Assembly: GCA_965112155.1 (NCBI GenBank)
Contig: OZ218108.1
Direction: 5' to 3' (one strand)
DNA: 64,000 bases
Source of the DNA: Podarcis liolepis
Lineage: Eukaryota
This document shows positions 38,195 to 49,278 of the stretch, in pieces. How positions within the stretch are numbered: the stretch's first letter is position 1; the number at the start of each line of letters is the position of its first letter. The position numbers were made by a program, and so were the translations under genes. The notes under the pieces are model-generated. The model did no database searches, was not told where the DNA came from, and saw only the letters and a list, made by a program, of their open reading frames with translations.

Positions 38195-38555
38195 GGGACG
38201 CGGGTGGCGCTGTGGGTAAAACCTCAGTGTCTAGGACTTGCTGATCGTATGGTCGGCGGTTCGAATCCCCACGGCGGGGTGAGCTTCCGTCGTTCGGTCC
38301 CAGCTCCTGCCCACCTAGCAGTTCGAAAGCACGTCAAAGTGCAAGTAGATAAATAGGTATCGCTCCGGCAGGAAGGTAAACGGCGTTTCCGTGTGCTGCG
38401 CTGGTGCTGGCTCACCAGCTGCAGCTTAGTCACGCTGGCCACGTGACCCGGAAGTGTCTTCGGACGGCACCGGCTCACGGCCTCTTGAGCGAGATGAGCG
38501 CGCAACCCTAGAGTCGGACACGACTGGCCCGTACGGGCAGGGGTACCTTTACCTT
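38195..38555 (+). mobile_element. Sauria SINE (Squam1), CpG-rich young copy
   Basis: GGGACGCGGGTGGCGCTGTGGG head, GGTTCGAATCCC B box, ACCTTTACCTT tail. Confidence 0.92.
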
Positions 38556-38558
38556 ATA

Positions 38559-38921
38559 CCGTATTTTTTGCACCATAACACTCACTTTTTTCCTCCTAGA
38601 AAGTAAGGGGAAATGTCTGTGCGTGTTATTGAGCGAATGCCTGCGGGGCGGGGGGGATCTGCTGCAGTCATGAGCAGAGGATCCATGGTTCCGCTTCCTT
38701 CCCTTCTCCGTGGTTACAAAGCATGGATCCACATGGATTCTCAGGATTTTTGCATTGGGCTACTCCAAACTTACTGTCAGATCACATGTCTGTGGCCACA
38801 GCATGAACCACAAAAATCATATATCCACTATTTCGTTTAGAATATTTTTTTTCTTGTTTTCCGCCTCTAAAAACTACGTGCGTGTTATGGTCTGGTGCGT
38901 GTTATAGAGCGAAAAATACGG
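38559..38921. mobile_element. Tc1/mariner-pogo (Tigger-like) MITE, related to 1417-1891
   Basis: TA-CCGTATTTTT...AAAAATACGG-TA; shares ggggaaatgt(c/g)tgtgcgtg with 1417-1891. Confidence 0.85.
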
Positions 38922-38978
38922 TATATTAAAAACAGTGAAATGGCCTGTGGCTAATTGAGTGCACCTTTTTCCCCCTAG

Positions 38979-39130
38979 TAAAACCGCTGCCGCCATCCAA
39001 TCTGTCCCTCAACTCAGGAGAACTTCCCAGAGTCCTAAAGCTATCATGGGAAAACCTATTTCATGAAGTACCACTGGAGCTGAGATTTCAAATTCGATAC
39101 AAGATCATTGACAGTATAAACTGGATCCAG
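38979..39130 (+). CDS. IL6ST: gp130 coding exon 5: D3 N-half (VKPLPPSNLS...LKLSWEN...IRYK...WIQ)
   Basis: Acceptor ttttccccctag; donor CAG|GTAACC; phase 1 to 0. Confidence 0.93.
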
Positions 39131-39469
39131 GTAACCCCACACCTATTATTTGTCAATTATTTTTTGTAGCATTTGGTGTGTTTGCATCCAAAGAGCTGTG
39201 ACAGTTGCATTTTATCTATTAGAATAGTATTTGTTTAAATGAGAGAAAATATAGATTTCAGTTAAGTGTTCAGTGGAAACATTTATAAATTAAATAATGT
39301 GAAAAGAAATATAAAAAATCCTTGTTGGGAAAAGTGAAATAGAAATTTAAGAATAAGTCAGAAGGAAAATAAACTGTTGAGGAAGCTTGTCGATTCTACT
39401 TCACAGTAGTTTCTAAGGGATTGACAGGCTGCTGGCAGGATAGGAAAATAAGTTTGACTTGATAATTGT

Positions 39470-39567
39470 CGAAACTAAAAAAAAAATCCTTCCAGTAGCA
39501 CCTTAGAGACCAGCTAAGTTAGTTATTGGTATGAGCTTTCATGTGCATGCACACTTCTTCAGATCCC
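39470..39567 (-). mobile_element. Penelope-like element terminal (pLTR) fragment carrying a minimal hammerhead motif
   Basis: Minus strand: ctgaagaagtgtgcatgcacatgaaagctcataccaataac...ggtctctaaggtgctactggaagg. Confidence 0.7.
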
Positions 39568-39679
39568 ACATAAGCTTTATATAAGCTTGTATATAAGCTT
39601 TATATTGATAGCAAATGTCTATCTCTATTGGGGATAGGTGTTGCATCTTTCAGAGGGAGTAATTCTGACTTTTTCCAGT

Positions 39680-40495
39680 AGTAGTACTGTGAGATTTGCA
39701 AATCGCTTCCAAGGCAAAATCATTTGGATTTCTGCTGAACCTAATGCTTCAGTTGGTTCAAGTCCATTAGTGGTCCCTAGAACATAATCAAATCACACCT
39801 TGTGGGATCAGTTTCAAAGGTTGCAGTCTGAATATGTGAGCAGGACACTTGTGCCAGTGAGGCTGACAATGTGCTCTCCTGATCCCTACCCATCATGGCT
39901 GATAAAATCAGGACAGGATTTACTGAATGGGTCAAGAGTGTTGGTAATGCCTCGTTACAAGAGAGAGTTATGTCCATCACTCTGAAGGTTATCCCCCCTG
40001 AGGTCCTCCAAGGTTTTAGAAAACTACCATCCAGTGTCTTAATACTCCCTGCACATATGCCCGGAGGAAGCAGACTACATAGATCTATTCCAATCTGGTT
40101 TCAGGTCCAGTTTTAACACTGAAACAGCTTAAAACATCCTTTATTAAAATATGCCATCCTCTTGGTTGCCCTTGACCTCCCTGCAACTCAGGGAGGTGGG
40201 AGTTGAAGGTACTGCATTACAGTACAGTGGTTCCGTTCCTACCTGCAGGGTCACAGCCAGAAAGTAGTTCTAGGAGGCTGTTCCTCGGCCCTGTGGCTTT
40301 TGATTTGTGCAGTCAGGCAAGGGTCCATTCTGCCTTATGCCAGTCAACATTCTGTATGAAACTGTTGGGGACTGTCCTTTGAGGATTTGGCACAGTACCA
40401 TCGCTATGCCAGCAATAAACAGCTCTACCTCTCCATTCTATCTGAATCCGGAGAGGCTGTGAAAGTGCTGGACCAGTGTCTTGAAGCAATGATAT
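39680..40495 (+). mobile_element. Highly degenerate L2 ORF2 remnant
   Basis: TMCSPDPYPSWLIK, ttccaatctggtttcaggtcc (FQSGFR) and a YADD-like remnant tatgccagcaataaacagctctac. Confidence 0.65.
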
Positions 40496-41363
40496 AGCTA
40501 AATTCCTAAAACCGCTGAAAGGGAAACTTTAAAAAAAACAGCAAGAGCTCTTGCTGCAAATTCCTTCTCATAAGAATGGTGTGGTAGAAAAAGGAATAAG
40601 TGCCACAGCAAATATAATGTGAAGCAGTATGGATCTAGCTCCAAGGGATACTTAATCTACTTGGGTCTTTTATGATGAAGGGAGAAGGTTCCATCTGCTT
40701 AAGAACCCTGTCTTTACCTCCTGCTCCACATGAATTGCAGTACACATTAATTTGTGTGCTTTCACATGTTAAGACTATAAGCTTGGGATATTTTTTAAGA
40801 CAGTGGAGGCTAAATTTTAGAATCCTGGTTTCAGACAAGGAGTGTGAACTCCTTGGAAAACTAGGCAGCTGCTTGAAACTAGTACTGGGCCAAAGTAGTG
40901 CCCAGCCAAATTTCATAGGTTTGAAGGATTGAGGGCAGAGTGAAATCTCTGCAAAGACTGCATTACTTATCACTAGGTGGCAGACTTCAAAAAGTATAAG
41001 ATATATACTGATGCTTGTTATCAACATACTTCAGAATTGCAAAAAGAATGATGCAACGTAAGAATTATTATAAAGTATAGTTACTTTCTCTCTCTTGATA
41101 AGATGTTTAGCTTCATAAGCTTTCTCAGTTTTTTAATCAGGCAAAAAACACTAAATGGAGGGTGGAGAGAATAGTGACTAAACAATAGTGTAATTTGAAT
41201 TTAAGTTCTTGATCACAATTTCATGTTTTCTGCTAATGAGGGTCATTCAAACAAAACATCTAAATTTGCCATGCTGATTTTGAGAGAGAGCTAGAAAATT
41301 CAGTATAGTGAATGTTGTTTATTCACTAGTAGCACTTCTTAAAGCCCAGTTTCATTTTGACAG

Positions 41364-41520
41364 GTTCCTCTTGAAGACACAGCAACACAGAGAGATTCCT
41401 TCTTCATTCAAGACCTCAGACCAAACACAAAATATGTGTTTCAGCTGCGTTGTGTAACTAGTTGGGGAGAGCACTGGAGTGACTGGAGTAAAGAAGTAGT
41501 TGGGTTCACAGCTGAAGATA
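41364..41520 (+). CDS. IL6ST: gp130 coding exon 6: D3 C-half with WSDWS (41475-41489)
   Basis: VPLEDTATQRDSFFIQDLRPNTKYVFQLRCVTSWGEHWSDWSKEVVGFTAED; donor A|GTAAGT. Confidence 0.96.
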
Positions 41521-42039
41521 GTAAGTAAGATTCCAAACTTCTCCAGTTTGCTCCGAATTGTCAAAATGTGTTTCTGATTAAAAGGTTTCTACACAATAAA
41601 TATGTATACATATGTGTAATAACTATGATACAATATAATGCAATTTGTCATTTAAATCATGAGTAGCAAACAGTAGTTATTAATATTTGCGAATTTACTC
41701 TGGTGTTTGTTCATCTCTTATTAACTTCCAAGTAATGGTTCAGCATTATCTTGTACTTTATTTCACAATAGATGATGATAAAGCTCAATTTCTCAACAAA
41801 TTAACAAGTTTTCTTCCTTCTCTTACCTTGACCAAATTTGTCAATTTTACCATTTGAACTGTAAATCATCCCTGTATCTCAGAGGGTTGGTTCCCCACCC
41901 CACCCCCAGTTATAGCTGATTACCATATGGCCAGCTGCTAATAAGTACAGTAGGCCTATAACTTACAAGCATTTACCTTGTGTACATTCAGCTTTACATG
42001 CTTGACAAAATAATAATATAATAATTAAAAAGGGGAACC

Positions 42040-43579
42040 CGGGATATTCCCAGGGGAATTGAAGGAGGCAGTGGTGCACCCGCTCTTAAAGAAAACATCA
42101 TTAGATCCCTTAGATCTATCCAATTACCGCCGGGTTTTGAATCTTCCATTCCTGGGTAAGGTGATTGAGAGAGCGGTTGCTGAACAGCTTGGCAGGTTTC
42201 TGGATGAAACATCGGCTCTGGATCCATTCCAGTCCGGCTTCTGCGCTGGTCATGGGACCGAGACTGCTCTGGTCGCCCTAACAGATGATCTCCGCAGGCA
42301 GGTGGATCGAGGCGGGTCAGGGCTGCTGATTCTTCTAGACCTGTCAGCAGCCTTTGACATGGTCGATCACGAACTCCTGGACCACTGCCTTGTCGACGTG
42401 GGGATCCAGGGCACAGTCCTTCAATTGCTGCGCTCATTTCTCTCTGGTCCGGGGACAGAGGGTGGCGCTTGGGGGGGAATTGTCATCGCGCCACTCCTTG
42501 GTGTGTGGAGTGCCTCAGGGTGCGATACTCTCCCCAATGCTTTTTAACATCTTTATGCGCCCCCTCGCCCAGCTTGTCTGGAGTTTTGGGCTGGATTGCC
42601 ATCAGTATGCCGATGACACGCAACTCTATCTGTTGATGGATGGCCATCCTGACTCAGCCCCAGACACACTGACCAGATATCTGGAAGCTGTGGCTGGATG
42701 GTTACGTGGGAGCCAGTTGAAGTTAAATCCTTTGAAGACAGAGGTCCTCTGACTGGGACGGGACGATATGGGATTGAGGGGGCAACTCCCATCTCTTGCG
42801 GGGGTGCAATTAGTGCCAGCACCGTCCGTTAAGAGTTTGGGTGTAATCTTCGATACCTCCCTCTCTATGGAGGCACAGATTACAGCTATAACAAAGGCGG
42901 CATTTTTTCATCTCCGCCAAGCTAATCAGTTGGCTCCTTATCTCTCTCGCCCTGACCTAGCCACTGTGATCCACGTGACGGTCACCTCCAGACTTGATTA
43001 CTGTAACTCGCTCTACGTGGGGCTGCCCTTGAGACTGACCCAGAAACTCCAGCGGGTGCAGAATGCCGTGGCAAGACTCCTTTTGGGGGTCTTCACTGCG
43101 AGATCACATTCATCCGGTACTATACCAGCTGCACTGGCTCCCGGTGGAGTACAGGATCAGGTTTAAGGTGCTGGTTTTAACCTTTAAAGCCCTATACGGC
43201 CGCAGAGAGGTTAGGCTGGCCTCAACTAGAGCCAGGGCTTTCTCGGCTGCGGCTCCAATCTGGTGGAACGCTCTGTCACAAGAGACTAGGTCCCTTCGGG
43301 ACCTGACAGCTTTCCGCAGGGCCTGCAAGACAGAGTTGTTCCATCAGGCCTTTGGTTAGGGCGCAGCCTGACTCCCTCCTCTGGCAACCTGCACAGAATT
43401 TTGCTTAACGGTTGCCATCAATTTGATTTTAATTAATTTTTATAATTGAAATGTTTTTAGAATGTTTGATTATTTGATTGTTTGATTATTTGATTGTTGT
43501 TAGCCGCCCTGAGCCCTGAGCCCGGCTTCAGCTGGGGAGGGCGGGATATAAATAAAATTTATTTTTATTATTATTATTA
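42040..43579 (+). mobile_element. 5'-truncated L2 LINE (RT domain to 3' tail), frameshifted
   Basis: KEAVVHPLLKK, FQSGF, LLDLSAAFD, GVPQGAILSPMLFNIFM, YADDTQLY, SRLDYCNSL, LHWLP; tail aataaa plus (tta)n. Confidence 0.93.
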
Positions 43580-44550
43580 CCAGGAAAAAAGACTTTGGCA
43601 ATTCCACTCACCATTGCACCCAATGTGTTTTGACTATATACAATTTTGGCTTTAGGCACGATTCCCAAAAGGTAACCCTCACATGAGTTGAGGGCTTACT
43701 GTGAATCACCAGCTCTCTTATCTTCTGACAGAATCAGATCTTTGACACAATCAAATAGAGTAACTATTGGGTTCTAATGTCCTCTGTTTCACAGATTACC
43801 AACATACAAAAAAGATTTTATTTTTGGAGAAGACCAAATTGTTACCTGTCTGTATTTTAGCATTAATTCTACAACATACTTGATTTGAACCCCTATAAAT
43901 GTGGTTTAAACCTTAAAGAGATTAAGAACTAACAAAAATGGTTTATAAAACAATTATTCTAAATTGATATTAAGAGTTTGATTTGGAACATGTTTCCAGA
44001 GCTATTGACATGTTCATTACAGCTATAACATTGACTTGAAACACCAACTATTATTCTCATTTGGATTGGTAGTTAGTACAAGATAAATCAAAATCCATGA
44101 ACATGCTGTATGTATTCCTAAAAAACTTATTCTGACTATAATGACTTTCTGTACCTGCTTTCTTATCTTCCCCACTCCCTTACTATATTCCTAACTGGTG
44201 GTGAGTAAAAAGTTTGGGCCTTTTAGCCCTCCTGGGTCTGTCTTTCCTTCAGATCACACAACTGTGATCCTTACTTCAGAAAAGCTGTAGGAGCCTCCCA
44301 GCCACTTTTCCTAGGTGCTTGTCCCAAATCATGGAGGTGATATCAGCAGACACATGCCCGATTGTATGTCACAGCCAACCATTGGATGACTAGGCGGCTG
44401 CTATTCTTCATGCTCCATCTACTGCAGCAAAGCACTTGTGAATATATATATAGGCTTGAATCTTTTTCAGTACCCTACATATATATTAAAGAAAAATGAA
44501 TAGTGGGCTAAATAAACATGATTCTTAAAAGAGATGTTTGTCTTTATCAG

Positions 44551-44633
44551 AACCAACTAAAGGACCAGATCTGTGGAGGAAGATTAGTCCTGTTCACTCA
44601 CCAGAAAACTGGACTCTGGTGCTGATCTGGAAG
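44551..44633 (+). CDS. IL6ST: gp130 coding exon 7 (83 nt): KPTKGPDLWRKISPVHSPENWTLVLIWK
   Basis: Acceptor tctttatcag; donor AAG|GTAAAT; same 83-nt length as the recalled human exon 9. Confidence 0.93.
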
Positions 44634-45489
44634 GTAAATAGTACCAAATTTACTACACTCTGAATGTCTGATTTCCTGATGTTCTTACTAATATCTGTCA
44701 TCTGCACTCAAACATAATTCCTGTTATATGTAAACTCATGATACCATAACACATACTACTGTAGACACTTTCCTCTAGGTGGTAGCTTCTTTCACAACAT
44801 ATTGCACTCAGGATATATTGAAGTGTAAGATATGCACACGTGTAGCTTATGAAGTAAAAGGCTCGTGTATGTCACATTTGCTACTTGTCCGTTTTTAAAA
44901 TAAACAGGGATGAAGATCTTATGCTTTCTTAGTCCTTGCTTCTGCAAACTGCAAGTTGTACAGGTATATATGTGCCCTTCTCCATAAACATGGCACACAT
45001 GGATGTAGTTTCTGGATAACGGTTCTGTGAAATACTGCTTGAGAATTGTCCATGTTTAGCTTATGAGGCAAAATAATTTTGAGTGGAGTAATTTATTCTC
45101 TTTGAACAAAGCTTTAACACGTAAGCCTGATCTCAGCAAGTTACAAGATAGTGTGTTCCTGTCATAATGGATGAGAAGCATGAAATTATGTTAGTTGGAG
45201 CATTGTGCTCAAGGCCAGATGGTAAATATCATGGCTGAGTAGAACTTTGGAAAAGGTATCATGCATAGCTCTGTAGTAGACACACTTTGCATAAAAAAGG
45301 ATCCTTGTACAATATTGGTTAGGATCTTGGTTAGCAAGTCCAAGAAAGGCTCTACCTTAGACATTGGTTAACCATCAGAATAGATGGTTCTGGCATAAGT
45401 GACCCCTAAAGGTCTTACTCTCATTAGCTAATCTCAGATGTTCACATATAAACTGTCAAATAAAACAGATCTTTTTCTATTTTGGACAG

Positions 45490-45709
45490 GAGTTAAATCC
45501 TTCTGAAGCTAATGGAATAATTTTGAAATACGATGTATCTATCTTGGGAAAGCCACCACTTCATTTTCAACAGCAATTCTACAGTCTAAACACCACACAG
45601 CTGACTCTAAATGTAGAAAATGGGACATATGAAGTGAGAATTAAAGCATCGAACAGTGTGGGTGAATCTCCTGCATCAGTTTTGCTGATCCCAGCAACTA
45701 ACTCAAGAG
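45490..45709 (+). CDS. IL6ST: gp130 coding exon 8: D4 (ELNPSEANGIILKYDV...ASNSVGESPASVLLIPA)
   Basis: EANGxIxxY and NxVGxS motifs; phase 0 to 1. Confidence 0.94.
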
Positions 45710-46610
45710 GTAGGTTTTCCTACATGGCATTGAGTATATATTCCACTTTTTTGCCTACTTCACACATCCCATTAGAAGAGTTGCATGTAAGATTAAACTA
45801 AATGGTCAACCACAACACTTAAGTGAATGCTACAGAAAAGTTTGCGCTGCACTCCTTCCTTGCTCCTGCTGCATGGTGAACAAAAAAAGTTTGGCTTGTC
45901 ATGTCATCTGAGCCCAGGTCCTTGGTTTGTATCTTGCTATACAAACTAGGTGCAGCAGCCAAGGTTTGTGCTTGCTGCTTGTCGTTTGTTAGGGGAGAAA
46001 CAAACCTCAAGCCTGAGTTTGGAAGACACAACAAAGCCAGAGAAGTACAGCAAGAACTTTTTAGCCACATGTTGCACATTCACACTAAATCATAGTTCGT
46101 TTCTAACTGTGGTTTAATGTGATGTGTAAACTGGATCCCCACAAGAGGAGGAAATATTTCAAACTTACTGAAGGATATCAGCCTTTCAGTTTCTGTTTGT
46201 TTTCAAATTAGCATTCCATCTGTCCAGTTCATTTTATTTTATTACATGTATAATGCACCTTTCTTCTGTCATGGAACCCAAAATGGCGTACATGGTTCCA
46301 GGCCATCTAGGTATTTGCCATACCCAGAACTGCTTAGCTTCAGCCATAAGGTGGCTTCAGATAATGCTGCTGCTTCCTCATCAGATCTCTTTTCTTTTAA
46401 CTTAAGATCCAGGAGCTTTACAGGATAGCTTCTAAATGTTTCTGACTTATTTAAGGCAGTGTAGGCATTAGTAAATGGAAGCAAGCTTGTGAGACTTGGC
46501 ATCTTCATTCTAACTTAGACTATTAGCAAAGCAAATAGAAAATACCAATACAGATTATTTATTATGAAGTCATAACCCGCAACAAAATAAAACCAATAAT
46601 CCTACAAGCA

Positions 46611-46701
46611 TCTGTCATGGATGCTTTAGCTGAGATTCATGCATTGCAGGGGGTAGGACTAGATGACCCCTGCCATGTCTTTAAAATTTATGAATCTATG
46701 A
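46611..46701 (+). mobile_element. Short CR1 3' end
   Basis: gcattgcagggggtaggactagatgacc...atctatga. Confidence 0.6.
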
Positions 46702-47270
46702 TAAGTAAAATACTATAACATACAAATACATTAAAATGGGTTGTAATACTTACAGACCCATTCTACAGAAGTCTATAGGTAAGAGGAACAAGTGGGGATT
46801 ACATATCTGGTATCTGTAAGACTTCCTCTGAAATACGTGGCACCACCTAACAACTGAAACAGGAATAAGTACATATTAAAAACATCTTTTCTTCCCTTAC
46901 TATATACTGCTATATTTATATGGCAATTTCTCAGTGTGGTGGACCTGACCACTAACAGGTCATTTTTATTTTCTGCTTTCGGCCATTGCAGCACAGTAGC
47001 TATCAAGAAGCAATGAAACCTTTATTAAACGTGCTTCAGAATGTAAACATTTGAATTCTCTTTGGGTGTCAAAACTTGATTGAATTGCAACTTACCTTTG
47101 ATGCTGTTTGATCTGTGACCTTGGGCGTCTGCTCAGGCTTTATTAACATTTTGTTGTAGTGAAATATAATTACAACTCTCCGACAACCCCTTTTAGCTTT
47201 TTAATGTTTGAAATGTTATTCTTTTAGAAATAAAAATACTAATTTGACAGTATGTTTATGGTCATTTCAG

Positions 47271-47447
47271 CTCCTGTGAAAAATCTTACAGCATTTCCTA
47301 AAGATGGCAAGCTCTGGGTAGAGTGGATAGCTCCTAAAACTGAAGTCAATAGATACATAATTGAATGGTATGAAGAGTGTGACAATTTGACATGTGCTAG
47401 TGAATGGCAACAGGAGTCTGGAACGAAAAATTGCACATTTTTAAGAG
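47271..47447 (+). CDS. IL6ST: gp130 coding exon 9: D5 N-part (APVKNLTAFPKDGKLWVEW...EWQQE...FLR)
   Basis: AFPKDxxLWVEW signature; AG/GT boundaries. Confidence 0.95.
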
Positions 47448-48390
47448 GTAACTCTCAATATTTATAAACTCTTGGATATTTGTAGAGTATGCAAACTTTT
47501 TTATACCTTAAAGAAATTGATTTTGGTTTTTTTTTAGATAAAAAGGCACTTGTAATTTGACATCTTTTTAAATATAAAAGAAATATAAATATGTCTGTAA
47601 TATCTGATATTTTTAGTGAGTCTCTAAGCTCCTGTCACACATGGGGAGGAATTCCTTTAGGGCACTTTTTATAGGTTGAGAGAGATGAATTCAATGTTAT
47701 ATCATGCCAGTTTTGTCCTTTTGTGAAGTCTATCAGTGTGTGTGCCCTTCTTTGCCAATGACTGAGCTCTGAATAAAATCAGTCTCCCTTTCATCATAGT
47801 CCAGAGGTGATCCTGCTTCTCATCCCTTTTGTGTCAAGGGAACATATTGAAGCCTGCAAGAGAGACAAAGCTCAGTAGCTACACTAACAACAGATGGGAA
47901 AACAGACCTTGGGTGTCGCAGCTATGCCAAGAGTACATTTAGTTTCTTCAGGATTACAGTTTTCCAGTATAGTTAAGAAACTCTCTAACACTGCATTTAC
48001 TAGGTAGCTTCAAAGATTTTTGTGGAGAATGCTGTTCTGTCCCCACCCATGGATAGCTTGGTCATCGCAACCCCAAAAAGTTCCCTTTTAGACATTTCAG
48101 ATAGAGAATAAGTATGAAACATTTGCACAATCACTTGCCAGCATGTCCTGTATAGCATCCAAGATTCATTCAGGTGTATTTTAGAATAGCTTCTAGGCTG
48201 TTCAGCTGACTTTCCAGGTGTTTAGAGTATTTGTACCCCACTCTTTGGCTGAAAACGCTGCTGGAGTGGAAATGAAGGGATTTGATTAAAGGTATGGAGG
48301 AAATTGATGAACTAGTGTTCAAAATGGAAATGTCAGTGGATCTATATATTTGAGAATATGCAAATCTGATTTTTAAAATTATTTCCTTAG

Positions 48391-48492
48391 GAGGCATAAA
48401 GCCACGGAAAAGCTATAAAATAAGTGTGTATCCATTATATTCAAATGGTCAAGGAGAAGAAAGATCAATACAAGCATACCTTGAAGAAGATG
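48391..48492 (+). CDS. IL6ST: gp130 coding exon 10: D5 C-part (GIKPRKSYKISVYPLYSNGQGEERSIQAYLEED)
   Basis: Acceptor atttccttag; donor G|GTACGT; 102 nt, phase 1 kept. Confidence 0.92.
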
Positions 48493-49131
48493 GTACGTTT
48501 AAAGCACCAGAATTTCTCTTGCATGACGGTAGCCAAAAACGTCTTCGGACTTCTGCATCAATAGGTGGCATGACTGCATTGGGCAGATGGTGTTTTCTGA
48601 GAAATTAACTCGTATTGTGCAGCTAGCTTAAGGGTTGGCCAAACCAGATTCATGTGGTCATATGGTTTCTATTTTTAATGTGATAAGAAAGAAACCTCCA
48701 GAGTCTTTAGCTTTCTTCTGATGTGACTAGTGATCTAGTGTTTACTCATGTGCTCCTCTCCCCTTTGCTCTGGAAATACTTATGAAAATCTGTGATAAAT
48801 GGCCTATACTTTTTAAATGTGGAGGGTTTTTTTACTTTTTACTTCTCTGTACATAGTTATTAATATACGGGCTCTTATTATGCAAATCTTGTTGTCTTTG
48901 TTATTATAATAATTTTTTAGAAATCTCAACAAAATACAGACTTTGAAAATTAAAGGTTCTTCTTTTCTTACAATACAATCAGACATAGTATGTCATTTAC
49001 CAGTATACCTTCAGGCTTGTTCCATATTAAAACAGGAAAAAAACAGCATTTTAATATAACAAACTTAAAAGATAAGCAATTATCTAGAATTTGCTCTTCA
49101 AAATTAATTTTTCAATATTTTCCACTAATAG

Positions 49132-49278
49132 CACCTGCTATAGGTCCCACTGTTCGCACAGCAAAAGTTGGAAAAACTGATGCCCTTATTGAATGGGAAC
49201 CTCTTTCAGTAGAAGAACAGAATGGATTTATCAAATACTACAATATAATTTACAGAACAGCTACTGGAAATGAAACGG
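49132..49278 (+). CDS. IL6ST: gp130 coding exon 11: D6 N-part (APAIGPTVRTAKVGK...QNGFIKYYNIIYRTATGNET)
   Basis: GPTVRT and QNGFI signatures; 147 nt. Confidence 0.95.
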
